From Amphiscolops sp. MND2022 (taxonomy: Eukaryota), in assembly GCA_964187785.1 (NCBI GenBank), contig CAXLNC010001375.1, forward strand, positions 1 through 64,000: DNA of 64,000 bases, given 5' to 3'. Under the pieces are notes generated by a model, which was given only the letters and a program-made list of their open reading frames with translations, searched no databases and had not been told where the DNA came from. Position numbers and translations under genes: made by a program. Below, one piece after another: positions 1-13,711 of the stretch. Every line of letters begins with the position of its first letter. Positions within the stretch are counted from its first letter, which is position 1.

Positions 1-27
1 TTATATTTATTTTTTTCTATTTGTATA

Positions 28-630
28 NNNNNNNNNNNNNNNNNNNNNNNNNNNNNNNNNNNNNNNNNNNNNNNNNNNNNNNNNNNNNNNNNNNNNNNNN
101 NNNNNNNNNNNNNNNNNNNNNNNNNNNNNNNNNNNNNNNNNNNNNNNNNNNNNNNNNNNNNNNNNNNNNNNNNNNNNNNNNNNNNNNNNNNNNNNNNNNN
201 NNNNNNNNNNNNNNNNNNNNNNNNNNNNNNNNNNNNNNNNNNNNNNNNNNNNNNNNNNNNNNNNNNNNNNNNNNNNNNNNNNNNNNNNNNNNNNNNNNNN
301 NNNNNNNNNNNNNNNNNNNNNNNNNNNNNNNNNNNNNNNNNNNNNNNNNNNNNNNNNNNNNNNNNNNNNNNNNNNNNNNNNNNNNNNNNNNNNNNNNNNN
401 NNNNNNNNNNNNNNNNNNNNNNNNNNNNNNNNNNNNNNNNNNNNNNNNNNNNNNNNNNNNNNNNNNNNNNNNNNNNNNNNNNNNNNNNNNNNNNNNNNNN
501 NNNNNNNNNNNNNNNNNNNNNNNNNNNNNNNNNNNNNNNNNNNNNNNNNNNNNNNNNNNNNNNNNNNNNNNNNNNNNNNNNNNNNNNNNNNNNNNNNNNN
601 NNNNNNNNNNNNNNNNNNNNNNNNNNNNNN
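28..630. other. Assembly gap (N run)
   Basis: Continuous Ns; ORF-track entries 7..633 and 21..644 are artefacts. Confidence 0.99.
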
Positions 631-681
631 CATTTTTTAGATAGATTGGTAGAGAAGTTGTTAAAGTGCATATGATTTCAG

Positions 682-828
682 GTATTTTTATCGCTTGCTT
701 CGTCTGTCACATATTGTCGCTGCCTTTAACATTTGCTGCCGTTGTGATGGCAGCAATGCTCTTGACCGCAAAGTTTAGCACCAATCGGTCTCTCCTGATA
801 GTATTGTTGGGATTTGCAGCTTTAGCTG
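682..828 (+). CDS. Host gene internal exon encoding transmembrane helices (claudin/PMP22-like multi-pass protein, tentative)
   Basis: tttcag acceptor at 676-681, gttagt donor at 829; 147 nt, phase 1-1, no stops: GIFIACFVCHILSLPLTFAAVVMAAMLLTAKFSTNRSLLIVLLGFAALA. Confidence 0.65.
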
Positions 829-1419
829 GTTAGTTGTTTCCTTCTCTTCAATAAAATCCCCTACGTATCTGAAACTCCTGACCACCTCTTATTTTGTACT
901 TGAATAATTTACCTCATACAAACCACCTTTCGCGTACAAATGTACTAAAATGGAGCCTAAAATATTGAAGCTTTAATTTTGCTGAGACAATCAAAAGAAA
1001 ATTTGTAATAAATGTTAACAGTACAAATCCTAAGGTTAGGTCATCTCCAGGTCAAGCTGGAATTGTTTTAATTGAAGAAGAACGATATAAAGTGATGATT
1101 TCTCTAGATCGGAAAACATAATAAAACTCGTCTATCATATAGACTACAGTACTATAAAAAATACTATAAAACTACAATAAACAGAATATAATTCAACTAC
1201 TAGAAGGTATGTTCGATTATCGACAAAGGTATATTCATTATGTATGCTGAATATAAAGAAGAGAAGCAAAATAATCAGAAGACGACAAAAATTTAACAAG
1301 AACCCAAAAAATAGTTCCCATGAATTTATAAAAATTGTGTGACTCATGAATGTGTCTCATTGTTATGTCTAATGTGAATTTATTTTGAAAACAGTTACCT
1401 ATTTTGATTTTTTAAATAT

Positions 1420-4400
1420 ATTCAATTATATGTTTTTCAAATTGTAAATGCTTCATTTAGAAAATGGGAAATGCAACTTTGCAAGATTGTCATGCTGAAT
1501 AAAATATTTAAAATAATTTTTCACATTTAAAATCATCGAAACCTTGGACAGTATTATTGTGAACCTTGTAATGTTTGTACATCTGCAATTAAAAAACAAT
1601 CTGTCCAAATAATTACAGATAAATAAAAGTAAAAATCTTCATCAAATAACTTATTCTGGAATATGCAAACTTATCGTCGATTAGGACAAGATACATAATC
1701 AACCTAGTATTCAATTATTGTGCTAGATCAAACACAAGTCCAAACTCTGAGCAGCTGTATGAATTCGTTTTTATTCCTTTGTATCAAGGATACGATTAAA
1801 AAACTATCGAAACAGTTCTATCTGAACGTCGTTTTCTAAGTTTCAGTATTGTGTTGAAACTGGTGTTCAACTTCATATACTCAAACTGGTTGAACGATGA
1901 ATTGAACACTACGTTTAACATCCTTGAACTAGCTATCCTTGAAAAAATGTTTCAATAAATTGATGAACAATTGGTAGGTTGAGGATTTGATACCTAACAA
2001 GTAACTGAATTGGATGTTGAAAATTATAAAATGCTATCCAGCAGCGGGTTTTTATGTTGAGTTACCAGAAAATTATAAAATTAGTAAGTCAATTATGAAT
2101 AAAACAATGAAGATCAATTCTGTTTTTGTGGTATATATTAGCTCATCATGACAATAGAACTTCATAATATACAATGTATACACCTATTTTGTGTGTATGA
2201 GATTTCGAGTTATTTTGGCACAATAAAGATATTCCGAAATTTGAAAAGTCAACTTCAAATACAAACGTGTTCAAGTTGGATGAAACAGTGCCAACAGCGG
2301 TTTACATTATTACAAACCATAATGAAATCTCAAAGTGATTGAGTATTGCGCGAAAATCATTTTTGTCTAATAACTATCCCACACACTCGGATAACTAAAG
2401 ATTCACACAAGAAACTTGCATGTAGATGTTTAACAGCATTTATAATTACTGGGGTCCTAAAAGATCACACCTGAATGATGTATATAACAACAACCTACTA
2501 ACAAGAGCCTAATGCAAATAGATTTATTTATTATGACCATGTGGAAATCATCATCACTCATTTTTTGAAACAGATTGTGTAGATTGATTTGGAAAAAACT
2601 CTAGACAATAAAAAAAGGTATCTGAAAAATATAAATGAGGGGGAGCCTCGTGTACCAGTCAGAGCATTCGGCCTGTACCGGGGCGGTATCAGGGTCGAAT
2701 CTCTCTCAACTAACCCTTGTTGGTCCTTCATCTCTAGTTTAGTGGTATGGTCAATGACAAAAAAAACACAATCGGCGGAGAAAAGCAAAACAAAAAGAGC
2801 AACGATGAACAGTGAGACCTTTGTGACCTTGAGCAAGTCACTTTGATTCCACAGCTTCAAGTCCACCACTACTTGACCACTTGGCTGCAACATTGTACCA
2901 TAGCTTGCTGTGGTGAGATACTATCCGAAAGGGCGCCGACTCAGAAAACCAGAATGGTTTACTCGGTGCCCACACCACGGTAAAGGGGAAATAACCTTCT
3001 CCCCTATAACACTATTATACCGCCCCAGTTGACTCTTCAAGACAAAATACATTTCCACGAAACATAAGTATGTTGGTTGCGTGAAAAACGCTTTTCATTG
3101 GATTGTAAAAAAAATAAAGATCAGTTTCGTGACCAAGATCATCTTACAGGAGGAGCAGCTCATATTTGATGCAACCTCAACTCTACACATAAAGTTCAAG
3201 TTTTGTTCCAATATTTTTCGCAGTTTTTCTGGGTATGATTGTCATTTAATTTGTAAACAACTATTAACAAAATCATTTCTTTCAAGTCTTAGAATAGATA
3301 CAATATCAAAGTCAAAACTATATACCAGTCCACTAAAACTATATATCAGTCCAGGTAGGTTGTTAAAGGGTTTTGGATTTATATTGATTATTAAACAGGT
3401 CTATAGACACATTAGGTGAAAATTGAAACCGCTTCACATTATGGAGTCACTTAACCTAGACGATGATTTATTAAAAACGAAGTTAGCTAGCCTTATGAAC
3501 AATTCAACCTGAATAAGTTTGAAAACCAACTATGTCTAACCAATGAAGAGTTTTTTCCTCATTGAAACAAACCTTACCACCGGATGATGAAGTTAACCAT
3601 TCAAAAGAAATTGTTTATAAAATTATTATACAAACCGGAAGAGAATCAACTCTATAGTACTTTAAAAGGGATGTTCTTCAATTAGCTGATATATTTGGAA
3701 TCTTTGTGGGAAAATCTACACTTGAGTATGGCAATTAATCCTTTATATAGTTTTTCATTAGCACGTTATACAAGGAAAGCTGGTTTGAAAAAACTACTAT
3801 CAAGTTAGATTTTAGAAAAGATATACATCTCCCAATATTGTTGGAGAAAAACATCCGTGGAGGATTTTCCTGTGTAAAGGGGATATGTATGTTGAATAAC
3901 AAAACAGTGTTATACATCGAGGCAGTTTTTCTATACGGATGTGCTATGAGTCAACCTCCCCCTACTGATGAATTCCAAAACTTATCTTTCGGAATTAGTT
4001 TAATAATGATCAAATAGTAGACGATATGTCTCCAGACAACAACGAGAGTGGGTTTTAGATGTGATTCGGAATATCAAAACATTTAAAAACATAAACTCAA
4101 ACTTTTTCACTTTGTTCTTTTCAAATAATATTCAATATGAAAAATTCTATGAGTCCAAACGTCTCATGAAGACCCTTCAACATGAAAATTACAAACCAAC
4201 GCACAAATCATGTGATCCAATAAAGAATGTTCAAGTTTTATGTTAATATTGGGATGAAATTAACAAAGATTCGTTATTTGTATAGATACAAACAGTCACC
4301 ATGGTTAACGGTGATTTATGATCATAATACTCAAAATAGAACCCAAGGAAAAACAACTTTCGATATTCATGAAAGATTTATACGAACTAATGAACAATGC

Positions 4401-4790
4401 TTTCTTTGGTAAGGCATTGGAAACTGTTAGAAAAATAATAGATTTTATTCGTTCTAACGACATGGAAAGTGTTATAAAAAGACAATCTCTAAACTATCTT
4501 TTGAACAAAAAATATCCTACGTTTAAAGTTAAATGATATAAAAAGTTAGATAAATACATTATTCATCGAATTTATTTAGGGTTCTCTGTTTTAGAAATGA
4601 GTAAAGTCCCCTTGTATGATTTTATCATACTTTGCAACTGTAATGGAAGCAATCCATCCATTTACAATATATGGAAACTGAATCCTTTGTTTCAACTTTT
4701 GATACAATTGACCAAGGTTTAGAACGTTTTACACGAAAAAAGGAATTTGATTTTAGTTAATAATGAAGTGATGAATGATAACTGAAATGA
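1420..4790 (+). pseudogene. polB: Degenerate Polinton/Maverick-type family B DNA polymerase, copy 1
   Basis: Across frames: SGYDCHL (exonuclease), DVLQLADIF, NIRGGISSVKG, LYIEA..LYGCAMSQ (motif A-like), ELMNNAFFGK..E.VRK (motif B), LQYMETES (motif C, YxDTDS-like). Many stops and frameshifts. Confidence 0.85.
2639..3026 (-). mobile_element. SINE-like insertion in PolB copy 1
   Basis: Interrupts the PolB reading (KNI...ELTLQD). Minus strand has a tRNA-like segment (AGTGGTCAAG, degenerate B box), AAGTGACTTGCTCAAGGTCAC resembling the MIR/L2 3' motif, and an L2-like tail (GATTCGACCC...AATGCTCT). No clean TSD. Confidence 0.5.
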
Positions 4791-5339
4791 CATCCTTCAA
4801 ACTATTCGGCCAAAGACTTCAGATGTTCTTCATGGTCATGCAACTACTCGAAGTCATGCACCATGAAATGACAATCAACCGGAAAATTTTGAAGTATATG
4901 TTTATATAACTGCTCTTTCGAGAGGATCTTTCGGCGGTTTTTTATGTCAGATTGAGACGTATGTTTTAAAGGATTGTACTCGTTGTTCTTGAAGTGCACC
5001 ATTTTTAGGGAGAGAGAACAAGATATGTCGGCTTCAAATTCTTATGTTCGATTCACATCGGTGCAACGTTTCATAGAGGCCAGAGTGAAAGTTTGACTGA
5101 CAATTTCGTTCAAGGTATTGGTTGAAAACTTCTTTTATTTCATTTGGGACTTAAGAACATAACACATGTAAGTGTCTTTTCAAAGTGTGCTTTTGGCCTT
5201 GAAAACGTAAATGTTCTTCAACGTGAGCTTCAAATTCGAAAACTAATTGGAGCTGAAGAAGTATGATTAAATTAAGTTGTCGCATGAATATGTCTACTGT
5301 GAATTTATTTTCAAAAAAGTTACATTTTTTGATTTTTTA

Positions 5340-8300
5340 AATATCTTCAAATATATGTTTTTTAAATTCTAAATGCTTCATTCAGAAAATTGGAAATGCA
5401 ACTTTGCAATATTGTCATGCTGAATATAATCTTTAAAATAATTTTTCACATTTAAAATCATCGAAACCTTGGACAGTATTATTGTGAACCTTCTAATGTT
5501 TGTACATCTGCAATTAAAAAAGAATCTGTCCATATAATTACAGATAAATATAAGTAAAAATCTTCATCAAATAACTTATTCTGGATTATGCAAACTTATC
5601 GTCGATTAGGATAAGATACATAATCAATCTAGTATTCAATTAATGTGCTAGATCAATCACAAGTCCAAACTCTGAGCAGCTGTATGAATTCTTTTCTGTT
5701 CCTTTGTATCAAGGATACGATTAAAAAACTATCGAAACAGTTTTATCTGAAAGTCGTTTTCTACGTTTTTAGTATTGTGTTGAAGCTGGTGTCCAAATTC
5801 ATATACTCAAATTGGTTGAACGATGAATCGAACACTACGTTTAACATCCTTGAACTAGCTATCCTTGAAAAAATGTTTCAATAAATTGATGAACAATTGG
5901 TAGGTTGAGGATTTGATACCAAACAAGTAACTGAATTGAATGTTGAAAATTATACAATACTATTCAGCAGCAGGTTTTTATGTTGAGTTACCGAAAAATT
6001 ATAAAATTAGTAAGTCAAGGATGATTAAAACAATGAAGATCACTTCTGTTTTTGTGGTATATATTAGCTCATCATGACAATAGAACTTCATAATATGCAG
6101 TGTATACACCTATTTTGTGTGTATGAGATTTCGAATTATTTTGGCACAATAAAGATATTCCGAAATTTGAAAAGTCTACTTCAAATACAAACGTGTTTAA
6201 GTTGTATGAAACAGTGCCAACAGCAGTTTACATTATTACAAACTATAATGATATCTCAAAGTGATTGAGTATTGCGCGAAAGTCATTTTTGTCTAAAAAC
6301 TATCCTACACACTCGGATAACTAAGGATTCACACAAGAAACTTGCATGTAGGAGATGTTTAACAGCATTTATATTTATTGGGGTCCTAAAAGATCACACC
6401 TGAAAGATGTATATAACAACAATCTACTAACAAGAGCCTAATGCAAATAGATTTATCTATTATGACCATGTGGATATCATTATCACTCACATTTTGAAAC
6501 AGATTGTGTAGATTGATTTGGAAAAAACTCTAGACAATAAAAAAAGGTATCTGAAAAATATAAATGAGGGGGAGCCTCGTGTACCGGTCAGAGCATTCGG
6601 CCTGTACCGGGGCGGTATCAGGGTCGAATCTCTCTCAACTAACCCTTGTTGGTCCTTCATCTCTAGTTTAGTGGTATGGTCAATGACAAAAAAACACAAT
6701 CGGCGGAGAAAAGCAAAACAAAAAGAGCAACGATGAACAGTGAGACCTTTGTGACCTTGAGCAAGTCACTTTGAACCCACAGCTTCAAGTCCAACACTAC
6801 TTGACCACGTGGCTGCAACATTGTACCATAGCTTGCTGTGGGGAGATACTATCAGAAAGGGCGCGGACTTAGAAAACCAGAATGGTTTATTCGGTGCCCA
6901 CACCGCGGTAAAGGGGAATTAACCTTCTCCCCTATAACACTATTATACCGCCCCACTTGACTCTTCAAGACGAAATACATTTCCACGAAACGTAAGTGTG
7001 TTGGTTGCGTGAAAAACGATTTTCATTGGATTGTAAAAAAATAAAGATCAGTTTCGTGACCAAGATCATCTTACAGGAAAATACAGAGGAGCAGCTCATA
7101 TTTGATGCAACCTCAACTCTACCCCAAACAAACTCAACCCCACACAAAACGTTCAAGTTTTGTTCCAATATTTTCCACATCTTTTCTGGGTATGATTGTC
7201 ATTTAATTTGTAAACAACTTTTAACAAACTCATTTCTTTTAAGTCTTAGAATTGATACAAAACCAAAGTCAAAACTATATACCAGTCCAGGAAAACTACA
7301 TATCAGTACAGGTAGGTTGTTAAAGGGTTTTGGATTTGTATTGATTATTAAACAGGTCTGTAGACAAATAAGGTGAAAATTGAAACCGCTTCCCATTATG
7401 GAGTCACTTAACCTAGACGATGATTTACTAAAAACGAAGTTAGCTAGCCTTATGAACAATTCAACCTGAATAAGTTTGAAAACCAACAATGTCTAACCAA
7501 TGAAGAGTTTTTTCCTCAATAAAACAAACCTTACCACCGGATGAAGAAATTAACCGCTCAAAAGAAATTGTTTATAAAATTATTATACAAACCGGAATAG
7601 AATCAACACTATAGTACTTTAAAAGGGATGTTCTTCAATTAGCTGATATATTTGGAATCTTTGTAGGAAAATCTACACTTGAGTATTGTAATAATCCTTT
7701 ATATAGTTATTAAATAGCACGTTATACAAGGAAAGCTGGTTTGAAACAAACTACTATCAAGTTAGATTTTATAAAAGATATACATCTCCTAATATTGTTG
7801 GAGAAAAACATCCGTGGAGGATTTTCCAGTGTAAAGGGTGATAGGTATGTTGAATAACAAAACATTGTTATACATCGAGGCAGTTTTTCAATACGGATGT
7901 GCTATGAGTCAACCTCCCCCTACTGATGAATTCCAAAACTTATCTTTCGGAATTAGTTTAATAATGATCAAATAGTAGACGATATGTCTCCAGACAACAA
8001 CGAGAGATGTGATTCGGAATATCAAAACATTTAAAAACATAAACTCAAACTTTTTCACTTTGTTCTTATTAAATAATTTTCAATATAGGAAATTCTATGA
8101 GTCCAAAAGTCTCATGAATACCCTTCAACATGAAAATTACAAACCAACGCACAAATCATGTGATCCAATAAAGAATGTTCAAGTTTTATGTTAATATTGG
8201 GATGAAATTAACAAAGATTCGTTATTTGTACAGATACAAACAGTCACCATGGTTAACGGTGATTTTTGATCATAATACTCAAAATAGAACCCAAGGAAAA

Positions 8301-8750
8301 ACAACTTTCGATATTTATAAAAGATTTATACAAACTAATGAACAATGCTTTCTTTGGTAAGTCATTGGAAAATGTTAGACAAATAACAAACTTAGATTTT
8401 ATTCGTTCTAACGACATCGAAAGTGTTATAAAAAGACAATCTCTAAACTATCCTTTGAACAAAAATATCCTACGTTTAAAGTTAAATGATATAAAAAGTT
8501 AGATAAATACATTATTCATCGAATTTATTTAGGGTTCTCTGTTTTAGAAATAAGTAAAGTCCCCTTGTATGATTTTATCATACTTTGCAACTGTAATGGA
8601 AGCAATCCATCCATTTACAATATATGGAAACTGACTGAATCCTTTGTTTCAACGAATGATACAATTGACCAAGGTTTAGAACGTTTTACACCAAAAAAGG
8701 AATTTGATTTTAGTTAATAATGAAGTGATGAATGATAACTGAAATGACAT
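5340..8750 (+). pseudogene. polB: Degenerate Polinton-type PolB, copy 2
   Basis: Same motifs as copy 1; retains RDQDHLTGKYRGAAH.CN (endonuclease VII-like insertion typical of these PolBs) at ~7060-7115; KLMNNAFFGK at ~8330. Confidence 0.85.
6568..6954 (-). mobile_element. SINE-like insertion, duplicate copy
   Basis: Same position and sequence as 2639-3026; B-box-like GGGTTCAAA is better preserved. Confidence 0.5.
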
Positions 8751-8879
8751 CTTCCAAACTATTCGGCCAAAGACTTCAGATGTTCTTCATGGTTATGCAA
8801 CTACTCGAAGTCACGCACCATGGCATGACAATCAACCGGAAAAATTTGAAGTATATGTTTATATAACTGCTCTTTCGAG

Positions 8880-11800
8880 AGGATCTTTAGGCGGTTTTTT
8901 GTGTCAGATTGAGACGTGTGTTTTAAATGATTGTACTTGTTGTTCTTGAAGTGAACCATTTTTACGGAGAGAGAACAAGATATGTCGGCGTTAAATTCTT
9001 ATGTTCGATTCACATCGGTGCAACGTTTCATAGAGGCCAGAGTGAAAGTTTGACTGACAATTTCGTTCAAGGTATTGGTTGAGAACTTATTTTATTTGAT
9101 TTGGGACTTGAGAACATAATACCTGTAGATGTCTTTCCGAAGTTTGCTTTTCATCGGCCTTGAAAACGTGTATGTTCTGCAACGTGAGGTTCAAATTTGA
9201 AAACAAATTGGAGCTGTAGAAGAATGATTAAATTAAGTTGTCAAGGAGTTATCAACAAACATTGACAGGTAATGAACAAAGTTTCAAGAAGTCTTTAGAA
9301 TGTTCTATTTCATTTTCAACAAAAGTTAGGAAAGGACTAGGAAAAGTTGTTTCAAGCTTCAGATTTAAATAACGAAAAGTGTCTCAAACTCGTAAAAAGG
9401 ACGTAGTGTGGTTTGTACTGTACAAAATGAAAGATTAGTAGGAATATTTTGAGGTATAGTAAGATATTTTTGTACTATTCCGGAAAACTTTGGCGATTAC
9501 ACTATTAGCACTAAAATAGATGTAAAGATGACATTACAAGATTACACGCCTATAGAAAATATTTGGGTAAATACACACTTATACAAGATTACCAGTTTAC
9601 AAGGTTACAACAGTAATTATACTTCAACACATTGAAGAACTAAGTTAAAGAATTGTAAAACTTGCAGAATAAAATTTTCTAAAATTTAACGTTTGAAATA
9701 CAATTCAGGGAAGGTGTTCAGTAGAGAAATTGGCAGAAAAGACCACGAATGGAAAAAGTTGACCAAGGAGGTGAAGAAAGTCGGCGAGGTCAGCGAAGAC
9801 GGTGAAGGAAGCCTGCCGAAAACGGGCCGTAGAAGAGTGAAGCGGCCTATGGATGATGATGAAGCGAAGTGGCGATGCATTGGGTAGCAGAGAATGTGTG
9901 GCTTGGAGGTGGAGAAACAGAGAAGTCACGTCGTCGTGACCTATATGTGAAGTCATTGTGGAGGTAGACGAAGTAAAGAAGTAGAGAGTGAAGTTTGAAC
10001 AATTTTTCAATTGAATGGGTGAGTTTGAGGAGGTCGAACTTAATGAGTTTTTGGATCAAATTTGGCCAATTTCTGCAAATATCCAAAATCGTAACTGGTC
10101 GCATTAAAGGCTCATCAACGGCTGCTTCGAAATAGTTATCCTTTTGTGTTAACGAGGAGTTTATGAAAAGTACTGTGTCAGAGTATCTTTAATGTTTAAA
10201 GGTGAAGAGAAAAATATTTAGTTACAGTGAGAATATAAGAGTATCGTAATGAGATGGCCATCTCTTGTTGTAGGAAGTGAGGATTCATAAACAGTTTGGG
10301 TGGTTAAATAGGTGAAGAAAGAGACGCAGGATCTTTCATTAATTAATTTTTTTTTGGCTGTGACGATGTTTTACGAAATTGGTCAACTGGAAATGATTCT
10401 GGAGAGTTTGATTTTCAGGAGAGATATTTTTTGTTTGTTGGTGTTCGGTTTGCTGTTAAGAAGAAGAATTTGTAGACTCTCCCATCGATTGAGAAAGAAT
10501 ATTGGAGAATCATTGAGTAAGGGTTTAGTCGTGCCGTTTGTTAGATTAGAGGTCTTTTGTTCAATTTGCGAATAAAGATCTACTTGTGCTGGTGTGATTT
10601 GAGCTTTTGTCATTTTTGAAATTACCAACGAGTAGATTTGTCTGCTGTTTTTGACGGAGGTGTTAGAAATTTAAAGGTGGGTGTTGTGGTCTAGTTATAG
10701 TCATTTCAACTATGGGCTCCATTTTGATGAAGTATCTGAAAAGAATTGCCACGAGAATTTACAAGTGTAGAAAGAGCAGTTGAGTTAGAAGAGAGAGAAA
10801 AAAGTCAGAATGAAATGATCTAAAAAGAAGGTGGAGGGTAATAAGAAATCGTTTTCGAGTTTAATTTACCAGAACTTTCAATTTCATCATTGACAGTTGT
10901 GGTATTCAACGTATAATCATTTGGATTGTGATTGAAACTTGAATACTGTAGTAATGAATGATTTTGTAGTGTTGAAGTGGTGAACTTGGAGTTGTCTTTC
11001 ATTTATCTACGATTAAAAGATAATTTTCATTTTAGAAAAAAGTTATATCGTGTCTTTTGGATATCCGATTTGGACGTTTCGTAACAACGGTACTTGTGAC
11101 ATAATCCCAGTTGGATTTGCAGGAGTGTTTTTTCGATCGTCGGAATCAACTTTCAACGGACGACACTGACCGTGTTGAATGAGCGCCATTTAGGCCACCC
11201 ATTGTTTCTGCTGGAAGAATAATAAATAGAATGTGCAATTGAACTAAGAACCGTTATATACTGTTGAAGATTATATTTTATGGAAACTGTTTTGTATAGT
11301 TTGATAAGAAGACTTAAAACGGCCTGTACAAAACGAAATGTTGAGAAAGAAATTCCAAATTTGGTTAAATTATAGCAAGGGTATCCGAATACGACATCAG
11401 TAAACTAAGTTGGTGTAATAAGTGGAATTAAATCAAGAAGTTTATTAGGTAATCCAAACCGTCATGTACTATACTGTTTGTGTTCGGGAGACTTTGCAGC
11501 ATAATTAGGAGTATTAGAAGAGACTGATGAAGCGAAGTGGCGATGCATTGAGTAGCAGAGAATGTGTGGCTTGGAGGTGGAGAAACAGAGAAGTCACGTC
11601 GTCGTGACCTATATGTGAAGTCATTGTGGAGGTAGACGAAGTAAAGAAGTAGAGAGTGAAGTTTGAACAATTTTTCAATTAAATGGGTGAGTTTGAGGAG
11701 GTCGAACTTAATGAGTTTTTCGATCAAATTTGGCCAATTTTTGCAAATATCCAAAATCGTAACTGGTCGCATTAAAGGCTCATCAACGGCTGCTTCGAAA

Positions 11801-12815
11801 TAGTTATCCTTTTGTGTTAACGAGGAGTTTATGAAAAGTACTGTGTCAGAGTATCTTTAATGTTTAAAGGTGAAGAGAAAAATATTTAGTTACAGTGAGA
11901 AGTTTTACCATTTGTGTTGGAATGTTGAACGGCAACAAGAAATTATCGAAATCAATGAGATATTCTAGAGGTTTCATAATTTGTCGAGATGTATCATTGT
12001 GAGGAACAAGACTAAAGTATTGCTCGATAAGATCATAGTTACGAAGATATTCTGTACTTCTAGCGTAATCAACAGTATATAAAATCGTCATTGTAAAAGG
12101 TGAAGTTTATCTGCAATGTGCAAAGTTATAATTTTGTGATTTTTGATGTTTTAAAACTTGGTCTGCTTCATGTGAGTTTTGCATCAGAGAAATATAAAAG
12201 ATCAATTTCTTCGGCTTTTTAAATCATAGATCCATTTGCGAAGGAAATTTAGTTGTGGAGAAAAAATATTAACTCAACCGTTTAGCCATTATTGGTATGG
12301 AGCCTTAATTTTGGGGAGCAATTGAAGTGAAAAACATCTTAATTGTTATCATAAAATTTGAAAGCATGGGAAGTATTGCAAACAAAGATGAATGAGCTGT
12401 GCTTTGAAAATGAAACAAGAATATAAGAGTATCGTAATGAGATGGCCATCTCTTGTTGTAGGAAGTGAGGATTCATAAACAGTTTGGGTGGTTAAATAGG
12501 TGAAGAAAGAGACGCAGGATCTTTCATTAATTAATATTTTTTTGACTGTTGCGATGTTTTACGAAATTGGTCAACTGGAAATGATTCTGGAGAGTTTGAT
12601 TTTCAGGAGAGATATTTTTGTTTGTTGGTGTTCGGTTTGCTGTTAAGAAGAAGAATTTGTAGACTCTCCCATCGATTGAGAAAGAATATTGGAGAATCAT
12701 TGAGTAAGGGTTTAGTCGTGCCGTTTGTTAGATTAGAGGTCTTTTGTTCAATTTGCGAATAAAGATCTACTTGCGCTGGTGTGATTTGAGCTTTTGTCAT
12801 TTTTGAAATTACCAA
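8880..12815 (-). pseudogene. Copy A 3' orphan ORF (ORF-X) remnant, partly duplicated
   Basis: MTKAQITPAQVDLYSQ...KPLLNDS (12815-12603), APYQ.WL (~12300), LLPFNIPTQMVK (~11960); homologous to copies B and C. Confidence 0.6.
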
Positions 12816-13711
12816 CGAGTAGATTTGTCTGCTGTTTTTGACGGAGGTGTTAGAAATTTAAAGGTGGGTGTTGTGATCTAGTTATAGTCATTTCAACTAT
12901 GGGCTCCATTTTGATGAAGTATCTGAAAAGAATTGCCACGAGAATTTACAAGTGTAGAAAGAGCAGTTGAGTTAGAAGAGAGAAAAAAAAGTCAGAATGA
13001 AATGATCTAAAAAGAAGGTGGAGGGTAAGAAGAAATCGTTTTCGAGTTTGATTTACCAGAACTTTCAATTTCATCATTGACAGTTGTGGTATTCAACGTA
13101 TAATCATTTGGATTGTGATTGAAACTTGAATACTGTAGTAATGAATGATTTTGTAGTGTTGAAGTGGTGAACTTGGAGTTGTCTTTCGTTTATCTACGAT
13201 TAAAAGATAATTTTCATTTTGGAAAAAAGTTATATCGTGTCTTTTGGATATCCGATTTGGACGTTTCGTAACAACGGTACTTGTGACATAATCCCAGTTG
13301 GATTTGCAGGAGTGTTTTTTCAATCGTCGGAATCAACTTTCAACGGACGACACTGACCGTGTTGAATGAGCGCCATTTAGGCCACCCATTGTTTCTGCTG
13401 GAAGAATAATAAATAGAAAGTGCAATTGAACTAAGAACCGTTATATACTGTTGAAGATTATATTTTATGGAAACTGTTTTGTATAGTTTGATAAGAAGAC
13501 TTAAAACGGCCTGTACAAAACGAATTGTTGAGAAAGAAATTCCAAATTTGGTTAAATTATAGCAAGGGTATCCGAATACGACATCAGTAAACTAAGTTGG
13601 TGTAATAAGTGGAATTAAATCAAGAAGTTTATTAGGTAATCCAAACCGTCATGTACTATACTGTTTGTGTTCGGGAGACTTTGCAGCATAATTAGGAGTA
13701 TTAGAAGAGAC
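9858..13711. repeat. Tandem duplication within copy A (9858-11525 and 11526-13711)
   Basis: Near-identical units; the first lacks ~520 bp (equivalent to 11901-12421), with the join at ~10227. Confidence 0.93.

Larger units (their letters stand above)
1345..9241. repeat. Tandem duplication of a ~3.9 kb unit (~1345-5280 and 5281-9241)
   Basis: Colinear near-identical sequence at an offset of ~3925-3960; paired ORFs (2148/6074, 2589/6518, 4061/8009, 4227/8175); both units end in attaaattaagttgt. Confidence 0.95.

Noticed and set aside
7-644. Long ORFs over N runs (also 48636-49278)
   Set aside because: Artefacts of translating assembly gaps.
2760-2900. tRNA gene within the PolB insertion
   Set aside because: Only A/B-box-like pieces with no cloverleaf; better explained as a SINE head.
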